From assembly GCF_030384885.1 (NCBI RefSeq), contig NZ_CP128613.1: a stretch of 64,000 nucleotides of DNA. The stretch is one strand, 5' to 3'. A program made the translations under genes and the position numbers. The stretch comes from Escherichia coli (GTDB lineage Bacteria > Pseudomonadota > Gammaproteobacteria > Enterobacterales > Enterobacteriaceae). Positions 43,045-53,855 of the stretch are shown one piece after another (positions within the stretch are counted from its first letter, which is position 1; every line of letters begins with the position of its first letter). A model generated the notes under the pieces. The model was not told the origin of the DNA and did not search any database. It saw only the letters and a list, made by a program, of their open reading frames with translations.

Positions 43045-45696
43045 ATGAACGAACAATATTCCGCATTGCGTAGTAATGTCAGTATGCTCGGCAAAGTGCT
43101 GGGGGAAACCATCAAGGATGCGTTGGGAGAACACATTCTTGAACGCGTAGAAACTATCCGTAAGTTGTCCAAATCTTCACGCGCTGGCAATGATGCTAAC
43201 CGCCAGGAGTTGCTCACCACTTTACAAAATTTGTCGAACGACGAGCTGCTGCCCGTTGCGCGTGCGTTTAGTCAGTTCCTGAACCTGGCCAACACCGCTG
43301 AGCAATACCACAGCATTTCGCCGAAAGGCGAAGCTGCCAGCAACCCGGAAGTGATCGCCCGCACCCTGCGTAAACTGAAAAACCAGCCGGAACTGAGCGA
43401 AGACACCATCAAAAAAGCAGTTGAATCGCTGTCGCTGGAACTGGTCCTCACGGCTCACCCAACCGAAATTACCCGTCGTACGCTGATCCACAAAATGGTG
43501 GAAGTGAACGCCTGCTTAAAACAGCTCGACAACAAAGATATCGCCGACTACGAACATAACCAGCTGATGCGCCGCCTGCGCCAGTTGATCGCCCAGTCAT
43601 GGCATACCGATGAAATCCGTAAGCTGCGCCCAAGCCCGGTAGATGAGGCCAAATGGGGCTTTGCCGTAGTAGAAAACAGCCTGTGGCAAGGCGTACCGAA
43701 TTACCTGCGCGAACTGAACGAACAACTGGAAGAGAACCTCGGCTACAAACTACCCGTCGAATTTGTTCCGGTGCGTTTTACCTCGTGGATGGGCGGCGAC
43801 CGCGACGGAAACCCGAACGTCACTGCCGATATCACCCGCCACGTCCTGCTGCTCAGCCGCTGGAAAGCCACCGATCTGTTCCTGAAAGATATTCAAGTTC
43901 TGGTTTCTGAACTGTCGATGGTTGAAGCAACTCCGGAACTGCTGGCGCTGGTCGGCGAAGAAGGTGCCGCAGAACCGTATCGCTATCTGATGAAAAACCT
44001 GCGTTCCCGCTTGATGGCGACACAGGCATGGCTGGAAGCGCGCCTGAAAGGTGAAGAAGTACCAAAACCAGAGGGTCTGCTGACGCAGAACGAAGAACTG
44101 TGGGAGCCGCTCTACGCTTGCTACCAGTCCCTTCAGGCGTGTGGCATGGGTATTATTGCCAACGGCGATCTGCTCGACACCCTGCGCCGCGTGAAATGTT
44201 TCGGTGTACCGCTGGTCCGTATTGATATCCGTCAGGAGAGCACCCGTCATACCGAAGCGCTGGGCGAACTGACCCGCTACCTCGGCATCGGCGACTACGA
44301 AAGCTGGTCAGAGGCCGACAAACAGGCGTTCCTGATCCGCGAACTGAACTCCAAACGCCCTCTTCTGCCGCGTAACTGGCAACCGAGCGCCGAAACGCGC
44401 GAAGTACTTGATACCTGTCAGGTAATTGCTGAAGCACCGCAAGGTTCCATTGCCGCCTACGTGATCTCGATGGCAAAAACGCCGTCCGACGTCCTGGCTG
44501 TACACCTGCTGCTGAAAGAAGCGGGTATTGGATTTGCGATGCCGGTTGCACCGCTGTTTGAAACCCTTGATGACCTGAACAACGCCAACGATGTCATGAC
44601 CCAGTTGCTCAATATCGACTGGTATCGCGGCCTGATTCAGGGCAAACAGATGGTGATGATTGGCTATTCCGACTCAGCAAAAGATGCGGGGGTGATGGCG
44701 GCTTCCTGGGCGCAATATCAGGCACAGGATGCATTAATCAAAACCTGCGAAAAAGCGGGTATTGAACTGACGCTGTTCCACGGCCGCGGCGGTTCCATTG
44801 GTCGCGGCGGCGCACCTGCCCATGCGGCGCTGCTGTCACAACCGCCAGGAAGCCTGAAAGGCGGCCTTCGCGTGACCGAACAGGGCGAGATGATCCGCTT
44901 TAAATATGGTCTGCCAGAAATCACTGTTAGCAGCCTGTCGCTGTACACCGGGGCAATTCTGGAAGCCAACCTGCTGCCACCGCCGGAGCCGAAAGAGAGC
45001 TGGCGTCGCATTATGGATGAACTGTCAGTCATCTCCTGCGATCTCTACCGTGGCTACGTACGTGAAAACAAAGATTTTGTGCCGTACTTCCGCTCCGCTA
45101 CGCCGGAACAAGAGCTGGGCAAACTGCCGTTGGGTTCACGTCCGGCGAAACGTCGCCCGACCGGCGGCGTCGAGTCACTGCGCGCCATTCCGTGGATTTT
45201 TGCCTGGACACAAAACCGCCTGATGCTCCCCGCCTGGCTGGGTGCAGGTACGGCGCTGCAAAAAGTGGTCGAAGATGGCAAGCAGAGCGAACTGGAAGCC
45301 ATGTGCCGCGACTGGCCATTCTTCTCGACGCGTCTCGGCATGCTGGAGATGGTCTTCGCCAAAGCAGACCTGTGGCTGGCGGAATACTATGATCAACGTC
45401 TGGTAGACAAAGCATTGTGGCCGTTAGGTAAAGAGTTACGTAATCTGCAAGAAGAAGACATCAAAGTGGTGCTGGCGATTGCCAACGATTCTCACCTGAT
45501 GGCCGATCTGCCGTGGATTGCGGAGTCTATTCAGCTGCGAAATATTTACACCGACCCACTGAACGTATTGCAGGCCGAGTTGCTGCACCGCTCCCGCCAG
45601 GCAGAAAAAGAAGGCCAGGAACCGGATCCTCGCGTCGAGCAAGCGTTAATGGTTACTATTGCCGGGATTGCGGCAGGTATGCGTAATACCGGCTAA
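43045..45696 (+). CDS. ppc: Phosphoenolpyruvate carboxylase
   Basis: 883-aa product [40 protein letters not shown]... ending ...GMRNTG. Confidence 0.97.
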   Translation: MNEQYSALRSNVSMLGKVLGETIKDALGEHILERVETIRKLSKSSRAGNDANRQELLTTLQNLSNDELLPVARAFSQFLNLANTAEQYHSISPKGEAASNPEVIARTLRKLKNQPELSEDTIKKAVESLSLELVLTAHPTEITRRTLIHKMVEVNACLKQLDNKDIADYEHNQLMRRLRQLIAQSWHTDEIRKLRPSPVDEAKWGFAVVENSLWQGVPNYLRELNEQLEENLGYKLPVEFVPVRFTSWMGGDRDGNPNVTADITRHVLLLSRWKATDLFLKDIQVLVSELSMVEATPELLALVGEEGAAEPYRYLMKNLRSRLMATQAWLEARLKGEEVPKPEGLLTQNEELWEPLYACYQSLQACGMGIIANGDLLDTLRRVKCFGVPLVRIDIRQESTRHTEALGELTRYLGIGDYESWSEADKQAFLIRELNSKRPLLPRNWQPSAETREVLDTCQVIAEAPQGSIAAYVISMAKTPSDVLAVHLLLKEAGIGFAMPVAPLFETLDDLNNANDVMTQLLNIDWYRGLIQGKQMVMIGYSDSAKDAGVMAASWAQYQAQDALIKTCEKAGIELTLFHGRGGSIGRGGAPAHAALLSQPPGSLKGGLRVTEQGEMIRFKYGLPEITVSSLSLYTGAILEANLLPPPEPKESWRRIMDELSVISCDLYRGYVRENKDFVPYFRSATPEQELGKLPLGSRPAKRRPTGGVESLRAIPWIFAWTQNRLMLPAWLGAGTALQKVVEDGKQSELEAMCRDWPFFSTRLGMLEMVFAKADLWLAEYYDQRLVDKALWPLGKELRNLQEEDIKVVLAIANDSHLMADLPWIAESIQLRNIYTDPLNVLQAELLHRSRQAEKEGQEPDPRVEQALMVTIAGIAAGMRNTG

Positions 45697-45712
45697 TCTT
45701 CCCCTCCTGCAA

Positions 45713-45742
45713 ACCCTCGTGCTTTTGCGCGAGGGTTTTCTG
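45713..45742 (+). terminator. ppc intrinsic terminator
   Basis: Stem accctcg / cgagggt followed by a T-run, about 20 nt after the ppc stop. Confidence 0.55.
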
Positions 45743-45877
45743 AAATACTTCTGTTCTAACACCCTCGTTTTCAATATATTTCTGTCTGCATTTTATTCAA
45801 ATTCTGGATATCCCTTCAGATATCCTTAAGGAATTGTCGTTACATTCGGCGATATTTTTTCAAGACAGGTTCTTACT

Positions 45878-47611
45878 ATGCATTCCACAGAAGTCCAGGC
45901 TAAACCTCTTTTTAGCTGGAAAGCCCTGGGTTGGGCACTGCTCTACTTTTGGTTTTTCTCTACTCTGCTACAGGCCATTATTTACATCAGTGGTTATAGT
46001 GGCACTAACGGCATTCGCGACTCGCTGTTATTCAGTTCGCTGTGGTTGATCCCGGTATTCCTCTTTCCGAAGCGGATTAAAATTATTGCCGCAGTAATCG
46101 GCGTGGTGCTATGGGCGGCCTCTCTGGCGGCGCTGTGCTACTACGTCATCTACGGTCAGGAGTTCTCGCAGAGCGTTCTGTTTGTGATGTTCGAAACCAA
46201 CACCAACGAAGCCAGCGAGTATTTAAGCCAGTATTTCAGCCTGAAAATTGTGCTTATCGCGCTGGCCTATACGGCAGTGGCAGTTCTGCTGTGGACACGC
46301 CTGCGCCCGGTCTATATTCCAAAGCCGTGGCGTTATGTTGTCTCTTTTGCCCTGCTTTATGGCTTGATTCTGCATCCGATCGCCATGAATACGTTTATCA
46401 AAAACAAGCCGTTTGAGAAAACGTTGGATAACCTGGCATCGCGTATGGAGCCTGCCGCACCGTGGCAATTCCTGACCGGCTATTATCAGTATCGTCAGCA
46501 ACTAAACTCGCTAACAAAGCTACTGAATGAAAATAATGCCTTGCCGCCGCTGGCTAATTTCAAAGATGAATCGGGTAACGAACCGCGCACCTTAGTGCTG
46601 GTGATTGGCGAGTCGACCCAGCGTGGACGCATGAGTCTGTACGGTTATCCGCGTGAAACCACGCCGGAGCTGGATGCGCTGCATAAAACCGATCCGAATC
46701 TGACCGTGTTTAATAACGTGGTGACGTCTCGTCCGTACACCATTGAAATCCTGCAACAGGCGCTGACTTTTGCCAATGAAAAGAACCCGGATCTGTATCT
46801 GACGCAGCCGTCGCTGATGAACATGATGAAACAGGCGGGTTATAAAACCTTCTGGATCACCAACCAGCAGACGATGACCGCCCGCAATACCATGCTGACG
46901 GTATTTTCGCGCCAGACCGACAAGCAGTACTACATGAACCAGCAACGTACGCAGAGTGCGCGTGAATACGACACCAACGTGCTGAAGCCGTTCCAGGAAG
47001 TACTGAATGACCCTGCGCCGAAGAAACTGATCATCGTTCATCTGCTGGGTACGCATATCAAATACAAATACCGCTACCCGGAAAATCAGGGCAAGTTTGA
47101 TGGCAATACCGATCATGTTCCGCCGGGACTAAGCGCAGAAGAGCTGGAGTCATATAACGATTATGATAACGCTAACCTGTATAACGATCATGTGGTTGCC
47201 AGCCTGATTAAAGACTTTAAAGCAGCAGACCCGAACGGTTTCCTGGTTTACTTCTCTGACCACGGTGAAGAGGTTTACGACACGCCGCCGCACAAAACTC
47301 AGGGGCGTAATGAGGACAACCCGACGCGTCATATGTACACCATTCCGTTCCTGCTGTGGACGTCAGAAAAATGGCAAGCGACTCATCCGCGTGATTTCTC
47401 GCAGGATGTTGATCGTAAATACAGCCTGGCGGAACTGATCCACACTTGGTCAGATTTGGCGGGCTTATCTTACGACGGTTACGATCCAACCCGTTCAGTG
47501 GTGAATCCGCAGTTCAAAGAAACTACCCGCTGGATTGGTAACCCGTACAAGAAAAACGCGCTGATCGATTACGACACTCTGCCGTATGGCGATCAGGTGG
47601 GTAATCAGTAA
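45878..47611 (+). CDS. eptC: Phosphoethanolamine transferase (LPS core modification)
   Basis: 577-aa product MHSTEVQAKPLFSWKALGWALLYFWFFSTLLQ... with N-terminal transmembrane segments and a sulfatase-like domain. Confidence 0.92.
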   Translation: MHSTEVQAKPLFSWKALGWALLYFWFFSTLLQAIIYISGYSGTNGIRDSLLFSSLWLIPVFLFPKRIKIIAAVIGVVLWAASLAALCYYVIYGQEFSQSVLFVMFETNTNEASEYLSQYFSLKIVLIALAYTAVAVLLWTRLRPVYIPKPWRYVVSFALLYGLILHPIAMNTFIKNKPFEKTLDNLASRMEPAAPWQFLTGYYQYRQQLNSLTKLLNENNALPPLANFKDESGNEPRTLVLVIGESTQRGRMSLYGYPRETTPELDALHKTDPNLTVFNNVVTSRPYTIEILQQALTFANEKNPDLYLTQPSLMNMMKQAGYKTFWITNQQTMTARNTMLTVFSRQTDKQYYMNQQRTQSAREYDTNVLKPFQEVLNDPAPKKLIIVHLLGTHIKYKYRYPENQGKFDGNTDHVPPGLSAEELESYNDYDNANLYNDHVVASLIKDFKAADPNGFLVYFSDHGEEVYDTPPHKTQGRNEDNPTRHMYTIPFLLWTSEKWQATHPRDFSQDVDRKYSLAELIHTWSDLAGLSYDGYDPTRSVVNPQFKETTRWIGNPYKKNALIDYDTLPYGDQVGNQ

Positions 47612-47694
47612 ATGACCGTTGTATCGCGTCTGGCGCTATTTGCCGGATGCGATACTGGCACAATGTTTACATCGCACTCCCATCAGGCCACACT

Positions 47695-47712
47695 TTTCAG
47701 GTGGCCTTTTTT
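47695..47712 (+). terminator. Putative eptC terminator
   Basis: Stem ggccac / gtggcc followed by a run of 6 T. Confidence 0.4.
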
Positions 47713-47759
47713 AATAATGCCAGTTACTGTTTTCCCGACTACCTACCTAAGGGAATAAC

Positions 47760-48611
47760 ATGTATCACGACGTCAGCTATCTGCTCTCCCGCCTGATAAA
47801 CGGCCCACTGTCGCTGCGCCAGATTTACTTTGCCAGCAGCAACGGCCCGGTGCCCGATCTTGCGTATCAGGTCGATTTTCCACGGCTGGAAATTGTGCTG
47901 GAAGGTGAGTTTGTTGATACCGGCGCTGGAGCAACGTTAGTTCCCGGCGATGTGCTGTACGTTCCCGCTGGTGGCTGGAATTTTCCACAATGGCAAGCCC
48001 CCGCCACTACCTTTAGCGTGCTGTTTGGCAAACAGCAACTCGGCTTCAGCGTCGTGCAATGGGATGGCAAACAATATCAAAATCTGGCGAAGCAACACGT
48101 CGCCCGACGCGGCCCGCGCATTGGTTCTTTTCTGCTACAAACGCTCAATGAAATGCAAATGCAGTCGCAAGAGCAGCAAACGGCAAGGCTTATCGTCGCC
48201 AGCCTGCTTAGCCACTGCCGCGATTTGCTTGGCAGCCAAATCCAGACCGCCTCACGCAGCCAGGCACTGTTCGAAGCTATTCGTGATTATATCGACGAAC
48301 GCTATGCCTCCGCGCTTACCCGCGAATCTGTCGCACAGGCATTCTATATTTCGCCAAATTACCTCTCGCACCTGTTTCAAAAAACGGGGGCCATTGGTTT
48401 TAACGAATACCTGAATCACACGCGACTGGAGCACGCTAAGACGTTATTGAAAGGCTATGACCTGAAGGTAAAAGAAGTGGCGCACGCCTGCGGCTTTGTC
48501 GACAGCAACTACTTCTGCCGTCTGTTTCGTAAAAACACCGAACGCTCGCCGTCGGAATATCGCCGGCAGTACCACAGCCAACTGACAGAAAAACCGACTA
48601 CTCCAGAATAA
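47760..48611 (+). CDS. yijO: AraC-family transcriptional regulator
   Basis: 283-aa product with a C-terminal AraC-type HTH (...YISPNYLSHLFQK...FVDSNYFCRLFRK...). Confidence 0.9.
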   Translation: MYHDVSYLLSRLINGPLSLRQIYFASSNGPVPDLAYQVDFPRLEIVLEGEFVDTGAGATLVPGDVLYVPAGGWNFPQWQAPATTFSVLFGKQQLGFSVVQWDGKQYQNLAKQHVARRGPRIGSFLLQTLNEMQMQSQEQQTARLIVASLLSHCRDLLGSQIQTASRSQALFEAIRDYIDERYASALTRESVAQAFYISPNYLSHLFQKTGAIGFNEYLNHTRLEHAKTLLKGYDLKVKEVAHACGFVDSNYFCRLFRKNTERSPSEYRRQYHSQLTEKPTTPE

Positions 48612-48939
48612 GATGGGTTTGCTGCGGCGCAGAAAGCACTTTGCGCACCGCGCTCATTACCCGCTGCGGCTCACGCAGGAATGCGTAGATGCTGCATTGC
48701 ACATAGCGGCAATGTTCAAATCGCTCGGCACCGGCAAGCTCGATATCCGTAATCAACAGCGCAACATCCGCCCGACGGATATCCTCGTCCGCTAAACGAT
48801 TCTCCGTCCCCAGCGCGCCCTGAGTTTCAATGCTGACGCCCCACTTCTCTAACTGGCACAACTTTTCCAGCCGTTCCGCCGCCATATAAGTATGCGCCAC
48901 GCCACTGACGCAGGCGGTTACTGCCACCAGGTATGCCAT
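48598..48939 (-). CDS. frwD: Fructose-like PTS EIIB component 2
   Basis: 113-aa product from MAYLVAVTACVSGVAHTYMAAERLEKL...; 3' end overlaps the yijO 3' end by 14 nt (convergent). Confidence 0.88.
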   Translation of the reverse strand: MAYLVAVTACVSGVAHTYMAAERLEKLCQLEKWGVSIETQGALGTENRLADEDIRRADVALLITDIELAGAERFEHCRYVQCSIYAFLREPQRVMSAVRKVLSAPQQTHLILE

Positions 48940-48940
48940 T

Positions 48941-49819
48941 TTAACCTCCCACGGTAACCTGAAATCCGGCCCGTTCTGCCATTTCGCGCATCGTTGCCAC
49001 ATCGGCTGACGACGGCGCTGGCACCTCTTTCATCGACCATGTTTTCCCCAGCAGACGGTATTTTGGTTCGCCGTACTGATGAAACGGTAACAGATGGATC
49101 TGCCTGATATTCAGCGGGATCAGCACGTCCAGCGCCTGCTGCATATTCTCCCGGCTGAGTGTGAAACCAGGGATCAGCGGTAAACGCGGGGTCACGTTGA
49201 CACCCTCACTCACCAGCAAACGCAAGTTCTCCAGCACGCGTGGCAAGTTCATCTTCACCACATCCCGCGCCTGAGTCACGTCCATAATTTTTAAATCGAA
49301 CAACACTTCATCGCACAATTTCGCCAGCGGTAACAACTTGCTGGTCGGCGCGTCTCCGGCAGTTTCGATAGCGCATGACACGCCCCACAGACGAAGTCGC
49401 TGTAAAAAACGGGTAGCAAACTCCGCCTGCATTAACACTTCGCCGCCAGAAAGCGTGACGCCGCCGCCGGACGCGCGAAAGAAAATGTCATCTTTCATCA
49501 CTTCCCGCTCCAGCGCGTCAAGGCTGATATCGCGACCAATCCGTTCAAACGCACCGGAAGGGCATTCATCCGCATCACGCAAACATTTCGCGCAGTGCAG
49601 GCATTTCGCCTCTCTGCGTACCGTCTGGATTTTGCCGGAGATCGACTCCGGATTAGCACACCACGGGCAAAGATGCGGGCAGCCTTTAAAAAAGACCACC
49701 GTACGAATGCCCTCGCCGTCATTCAGTGAATAACGCTGAATGTTGAAAATGCGCGCCACATCATTGCGGCGCGTTTCCACAACGTTACAGCTGATGCGCT
49801 GTCCGGCGGATGATGTCAT
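48941..49819 (-). CDS. pflC: Glycyl-radical enzyme activating protein (radical SAM)
   Basis: 292-aa product from MTSSAGQRISCNVVETRRNDVARIF... with CPHLCPWC radical-SAM motif; start overlaps the pflD 3' end by 35 nt. Confidence 0.9.
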   Translation of the reverse strand: MTSSAGQRISCNVVETRRNDVARIFNIQRYSLNDGEGIRTVVFFKGCPHLCPWCANPESISGKIQTVRREAKCLHCAKCLRDADECPSGAFERIGRDISLDALEREVMKDDIFFRASGGGVTLSGGEVLMQAEFATRFLQRLRLWGVSCAIETAGDAPTSKLLPLAKLCDEVLFDLKIMDVTQARDVVKMNLPRVLENLRLLVSEGVNVTPRLPLIPGFTLSRENMQQALDVLIPLNIRQIHLLPFHQYGEPKYRLLGKTWSMKEVPAPSSADVATMREMAERAGFQVTVGG

Positions 49820-52082
49820 CCTGGATCTCCTTCGACAATTCAACAAAGAAGGCGCTGTATCCGGCTACGCGCACCACCAGCCCGGCATAGTCCTGTGGGC
49901 GCTGTTGGGCTTCCCGCAACGTGTCAGCGTTCACCACGTTAAACTGAATATGCTGCAACTTAAGCTGGGTAAATGCCCGTAAGAAGTCGGCTAGTTTGCG
50001 TAATCCCGCTTCACCTTCCAGGGTCGCCGGAGTGAATTTCACGTTCAGCAACGTACCGTTAGAAAGCAGCGTGTTATCGAGCTTGCTGACTGATTTCAGT
50101 ACCGCCGTTGGTCCTTGTGCATCCTGGCCCAGCATGGGAGACAAACCACCGTCTGCCAGTTGTTCCCCGGCAAAACGGCCGTCTGGCGTCGCACCAACCA
50201 CCGATCCCAACGGGACGTGAGCAGAAACGGTATACGATCCCGGCGTGAAGTAGCCGCCGCGCGGGTTCTGGTATTTTTCCACTTCTTTGCAGTAATGACG
50301 CAGGAGTTCGGCGCTAATGTTATCCACCTCGTCGATATCGTTACCGTATTTCTCAAAGCGGTTAATTAAGCGAGCGCGGACTTTTTCGCCTTCTGGCGTT
50401 GCGAAGTTGGCTTTTAATACCGACAGCAATTCGTCAAAACTTAAACGCTGTTGCTCAAAAACCATCCCTTTCAACGCATGGAGAGAATCGCTCAGGTTGG
50501 CGATACCGATCCCCTGTACGCCGGAGAAGTTATAACGCGCGCCGCCATCGGTAATATCGCGGCCTTTTTCCAGACAATCGCTGATAAACGACGAGAGCAG
50601 CGGTACAGGGGCCCAGTCACGGTGACCGATATCACAAATATTGCTGCCTTCAACCATCAGGGTGATGTAGTGGCTGATCTTGGCGCGGATCTGTTCCAGC
50701 AAACCTTCATAACTCAGCGTGGCATTACCTTCATTTTCATGCAGGCAGATTTCCATCACTTTCAGCAGGTTAAACATCGCGATGTCATGCAGACCATAGG
50801 TTCTGCCAGGAATAGATAACTCCACGCAACCCACTACGGAATAATCGCGCGCATCTTCCAGCGAAACGCCACGATTGAGGAACGCTGGCACCACCACTTC
50901 ATCGTTGAAGATTTGCGGAATACCCGTGCCGAGGCGAATGGTTTCTGCGGTTATCATCAGGAACGGCGTGTCGATCAAGGCGTTAGTGCGCACACCCAGG
51001 TTCGGTTGTGGTAATTGCACGCTTTGATAGGCATCGAGGCAAAGGAACGAAAGCACGTTCACCGCGCTACGTCCGTTTTCGGTTAACCCACCGAGCAGGG
51101 CGGTATAGCCGGTCGGGAAACCTGCGAAATAGCGCGCGCTGCTGGTGGAGCGCAACAGCACGATGTCGTTGCATTTCACCCATAAAGATTCGAGCAGTTC
51201 TTTCAGGAACGCCGGATCTTCGCCCTGGGTTAATGATGCCTGATAGAATGGCAACATATACTGGTCGAAGCGCCCTAAAGACAGCGAGCTGGCGTTGGAT
51301 TCGTATTGCAGAATGATGTTCATGTACCAGAACAACTGGCACGCTTGCCAGAACGTCTGCGGCTTATGTTCGGCGTTATGGCGGGAGATCTCCGCGATAG
51401 TCAGCAGTTCTTCGCGACGCTGGGCATCGGTGCAGTTTGCCGCCATCGTTTCCGCCAGTTCGGCGTAACGCAAAATGTGTTTCTGCGAGGCTTCGAGCAA
51501 TAACAGCGCAGCCTGATAAAAGTGATTCTCCGGCTGTTGCTGGCAATGTTGCTGCATCTGCGCCACCAGCTCACCCAGCCCGTGATTCAGCAGGCGCGGG
51601 TAATCAATAATGATGTGCCCCTGGCCTTTATCTGTCTGGTTGATACTGAAAATCTGCGTGCTGGTCGCGGCTTTTACTTCATCCGTCATCTGCCCGTTAA
51701 TGAAATCTTTCATCGAGCGTTTTTCCCAGTATGGGAACAGCTCTTCGCGGTAGATACGTTTATCTTCTTCACTAATGGCGAAGCGGTCCTGCGGTCGCGT
51801 CGGAAATTGATCCAGCTCTTTCAGCAGCCAGTAAGGGTCCATTTCCGGCGACATAATCCCGGCGCGCGGTTTTACGGTACGGTTACCAGCAATCAGTTCT
51901 TCATCACGAATCGAAATTTCAACATGTTCAAGGATATACGCTGTTGCTTTCGCCCGGCGCAATATCACTGGTTCGCCTTCGGTTTGCCGATGGCTGGCGG
52001 TATAAAGCAGCGCCCGCTCCAGCGAGATTTCACGGGTATTAGCAAACAGTGCAGTTTTAAGGCGAGAGATACGATTCGTCAT
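49785..52082 (-). CDS. pflD: Glycyl-radical enzyme (formate acetyltransferase 2 / PFL-like)
   Basis: 765-aa product ending with the glycyl-radical motif region ...VVRVAGYSAFFVELSKEIQDDIIRRTAHQL. Confidence 0.95.
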   Translation of the reverse strand: MTNRISRLKTALFANTREISLERALLYTASHRQTEGEPVILRRAKATAYILEHVEISIRDEELIAGNRTVKPRAGIMSPEMDPYWLLKELDQFPTRPQDRFAISEEDKRIYREELFPYWEKRSMKDFINGQMTDEVKAATSTQIFSINQTDKGQGHIIIDYPRLLNHGLGELVAQMQQHCQQQPENHFYQAALLLLEASQKHILRYAELAETMAANCTDAQRREELLTIAEISRHNAEHKPQTFWQACQLFWYMNIILQYESNASSLSLGRFDQYMLPFYQASLTQGEDPAFLKELLESLWVKCNDIVLLRSTSSARYFAGFPTGYTALLGGLTENGRSAVNVLSFLCLDAYQSVQLPQPNLGVRTNALIDTPFLMITAETIRLGTGIPQIFNDEVVVPAFLNRGVSLEDARDYSVVGCVELSIPGRTYGLHDIAMFNLLKVMEICLHENEGNATLSYEGLLEQIRAKISHYITLMVEGSNICDIGHRDWAPVPLLSSFISDCLEKGRDITDGGARYNFSGVQGIGIANLSDSLHALKGMVFEQQRLSFDELLSVLKANFATPEGEKVRARLINRFEKYGNDIDEVDNISAELLRHYCKEVEKYQNPRGGYFTPGSYTVSAHVPLGSVVGATPDGRFAGEQLADGGLSPMLGQDAQGPTAVLKSVSKLDNTLLSNGTLLNVKFTPATLEGEAGLRKLADFLRAFTQLKLQHIQFNVVNADTLREAQQRPQDYAGLVVRVAGYSAFFVELSKEIQDDIIRRTAHQL

Positions 52083-52132
52083 GAGGAACTCCTGTGGGGA
52101 AGCGAACCCGCCCTTGCGAGCGGGATAAGGAC

Positions 52133-52453
52133 TTAAGCGGTTTGTGCCAGGTGAGCTTCAATTTTGCTCATAATGGCGTCAGCGCGTTTTACCGCGTCGC
52201 TGATGTTGACGCGCACAATGGTCTTGCCAGCAAAACGCTCTTCAAACTTGATGCCGATATCTTTGGTCAGAATCACCATATCGGCGCTCGCCACGTCTTC
52301 CGCAGTCAGTTCATTTTCCAGACCAATCGAGCCCTGAGTTTCTACTTTCACTTCCCAACCTTTCGCTTTCGCAGCGCTTTCAAGCGCCTCTGCCGCCATA
52401 TAAGTATGGGCAACACCAGATGGACATGCGGTTACTGCAATAATTTTCGTCAT
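52133..52453 (-). CDS. frwB: Fructose-like PTS EIIB component 1
   Basis: 106-aa product MTKIIAVTACPSGVAHTYMAAEALESAAKAKGWEVKVETQG... Confidence 0.92.
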   Translation of the reverse strand: MTKIIAVTACPSGVAHTYMAAEALESAAKAKGWEVKVETQGSIGLENELTAEDVASADMVILTKDIGIKFEERFAGKTIVRVNISDAVKRADAIMSKIEAHLAQTA

Positions 52454-52467
52454 GGCTCGTTCCTCAA

Positions 52468-53547
52468 TTAATTAATTTCAAAATCCAGATCCAGGTCGTC
52501 TTCCTTCTCATCAGTCGAAGGCCCATTTTTACGCGCCAGACTTTTCAGCACGTTCACACAAACTGCTGTCACTACTGCCCCGACAGCCACTGCGGCGATA
52601 TAACCCAGCTTGCCTTCAACCACAGGCAGCACAATCAGACCACCCCAGCCTGCATAGCACTGCGCACCGACCAGCGCCGCAGTCACTGCACCACAAACTG
52701 AACCGACCATGATGGAAGGAATGACACGCAGCGGATCGGCAGCGGCGAAAGGAATCGCCCCTTCAGTAACCCCAACACACCCCATCACCAACGCCGCTTT
52801 GCCGGTTTCGCGCTCTTCTGCAGAGAAATTTTTACGACCAATCAGCGTCGCCAGCCCCATGCCCAACGGTGGAACACAAATCCCCACGGCAGCAATGGCC
52901 ACCACGGTATAAACGCCCTGAGCCACACAGATCAGCATGAAGGCATAGGCCACTTTGTTAACCGGGCCGCCCATATCAAAGGCCAGCATCAATCCCATGA
53001 TCACCGCCAGCATCACTACGCTGCCTTGTTGCATGCCCTGAAGCCACTGGGTCAGGCTGTTGGTCAACGCCCCCACCGGCTCGCCCAGTCCCCACATCAT
53101 GACACCAGCGGTAATCAGTGTGCCGACGATCGGAATGATGAAGATTGGCATCACCGAGCGCAGAACTTTATGCACCGGAATTTTCTTCAGGTAATGCACC
53201 ACGATGCCGCCGATAATCCCGGCGATCAGCGCGCCAAAGAAGCCCGCACCAAAGCTGTTACCAACCCAGGCACCGATAGCGCACGGAGCCAGCGCAGAAC
53301 GTTCTGCAATGGAATAACCGATGTACGCTGCGAGGAAAGGCACCATCAGCGTCAACCCCGCAACGCCGATATCAAACAGTTTTTTTAGATTCGGATCGGC
53401 TACGGCATCCGGCACTGCGCCTTTGCCATACAACATGACGGAAACCGCCAGCAAAATACCGCCCGATACCACGAAGGGAATCATATGTGAAACGCCCGTC
53501 ATTAAATGCTGACGGGTATTTTTCAGGATCTGCACCAACTCATTCAT
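52468..53547 (-). CDS. frwC: Fructose-like PTS EIIC permease
   Basis: 359-aa polytopic product from MNELVQILKNTRQHLMTGVSHMIPFVVSGGILLAV...; the 7-codon upstream extension is rejected. Confidence 0.9.
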   Translation of the reverse strand: MNELVQILKNTRQHLMTGVSHMIPFVVSGGILLAVSVMLYGKGAVPDAVADPNLKKLFDIGVAGLTLMVPFLAAYIGYSIAERSALAPCAIGAWVGNSFGAGFFGALIAGIIGGIVVHYLKKIPVHKVLRSVMPIFIIPIVGTLITAGVMMWGLGEPVGALTNSLTQWLQGMQQGSVVMLAVIMGLMLAFDMGGPVNKVAYAFMLICVAQGVYTVVAIAAVGICVPPLGMGLATLIGRKNFSAEERETGKAALVMGCVGVTEGAIPFAAADPLRVIPSIMVGSVCGAVTAALVGAQCYAGWGGLIVLPVVEGKLGYIAAVAVGAVVTAVCVNVLKSLARKNGPSTDEKEDDLDLDFEIN

Positions 53548-53855
53548 AAGCTGCTCCCGGGCTTGCAAAAGCCCATGTCCATATTTTTGATGGAGGAAAC
53601 AATAGGCAATCGCAGGCGGAGCAAACAGTGGATAAAAAGGCCATTTACTGGACTTTTGTAATATCAGTACAAAAATGCGATCCGCCTCATAACTTGCGAT
53701 AACCCGGAAGCATGCCGCAGAACGGCGTCTTGTGAGACGCGTCGCAAATTGACGGTTACATTACATTTGTCCAGCTTTTGGCAGATTTGTCACATGGCAG
53801 GCCGTTGCCGTGCGCTCTTATCCTGTAAACAGAAAACCGTACCGGGAGAGAGGCA

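Noticed and set aside
53548-53855. Hairpin gggctt-gcaa-aagccc just upstream of the frwC start, in the frwC/ptsA divergent region
   Set aside because: Short stem with no adjacent U-run or conserved motif; probably incidental structure within a promoter region.
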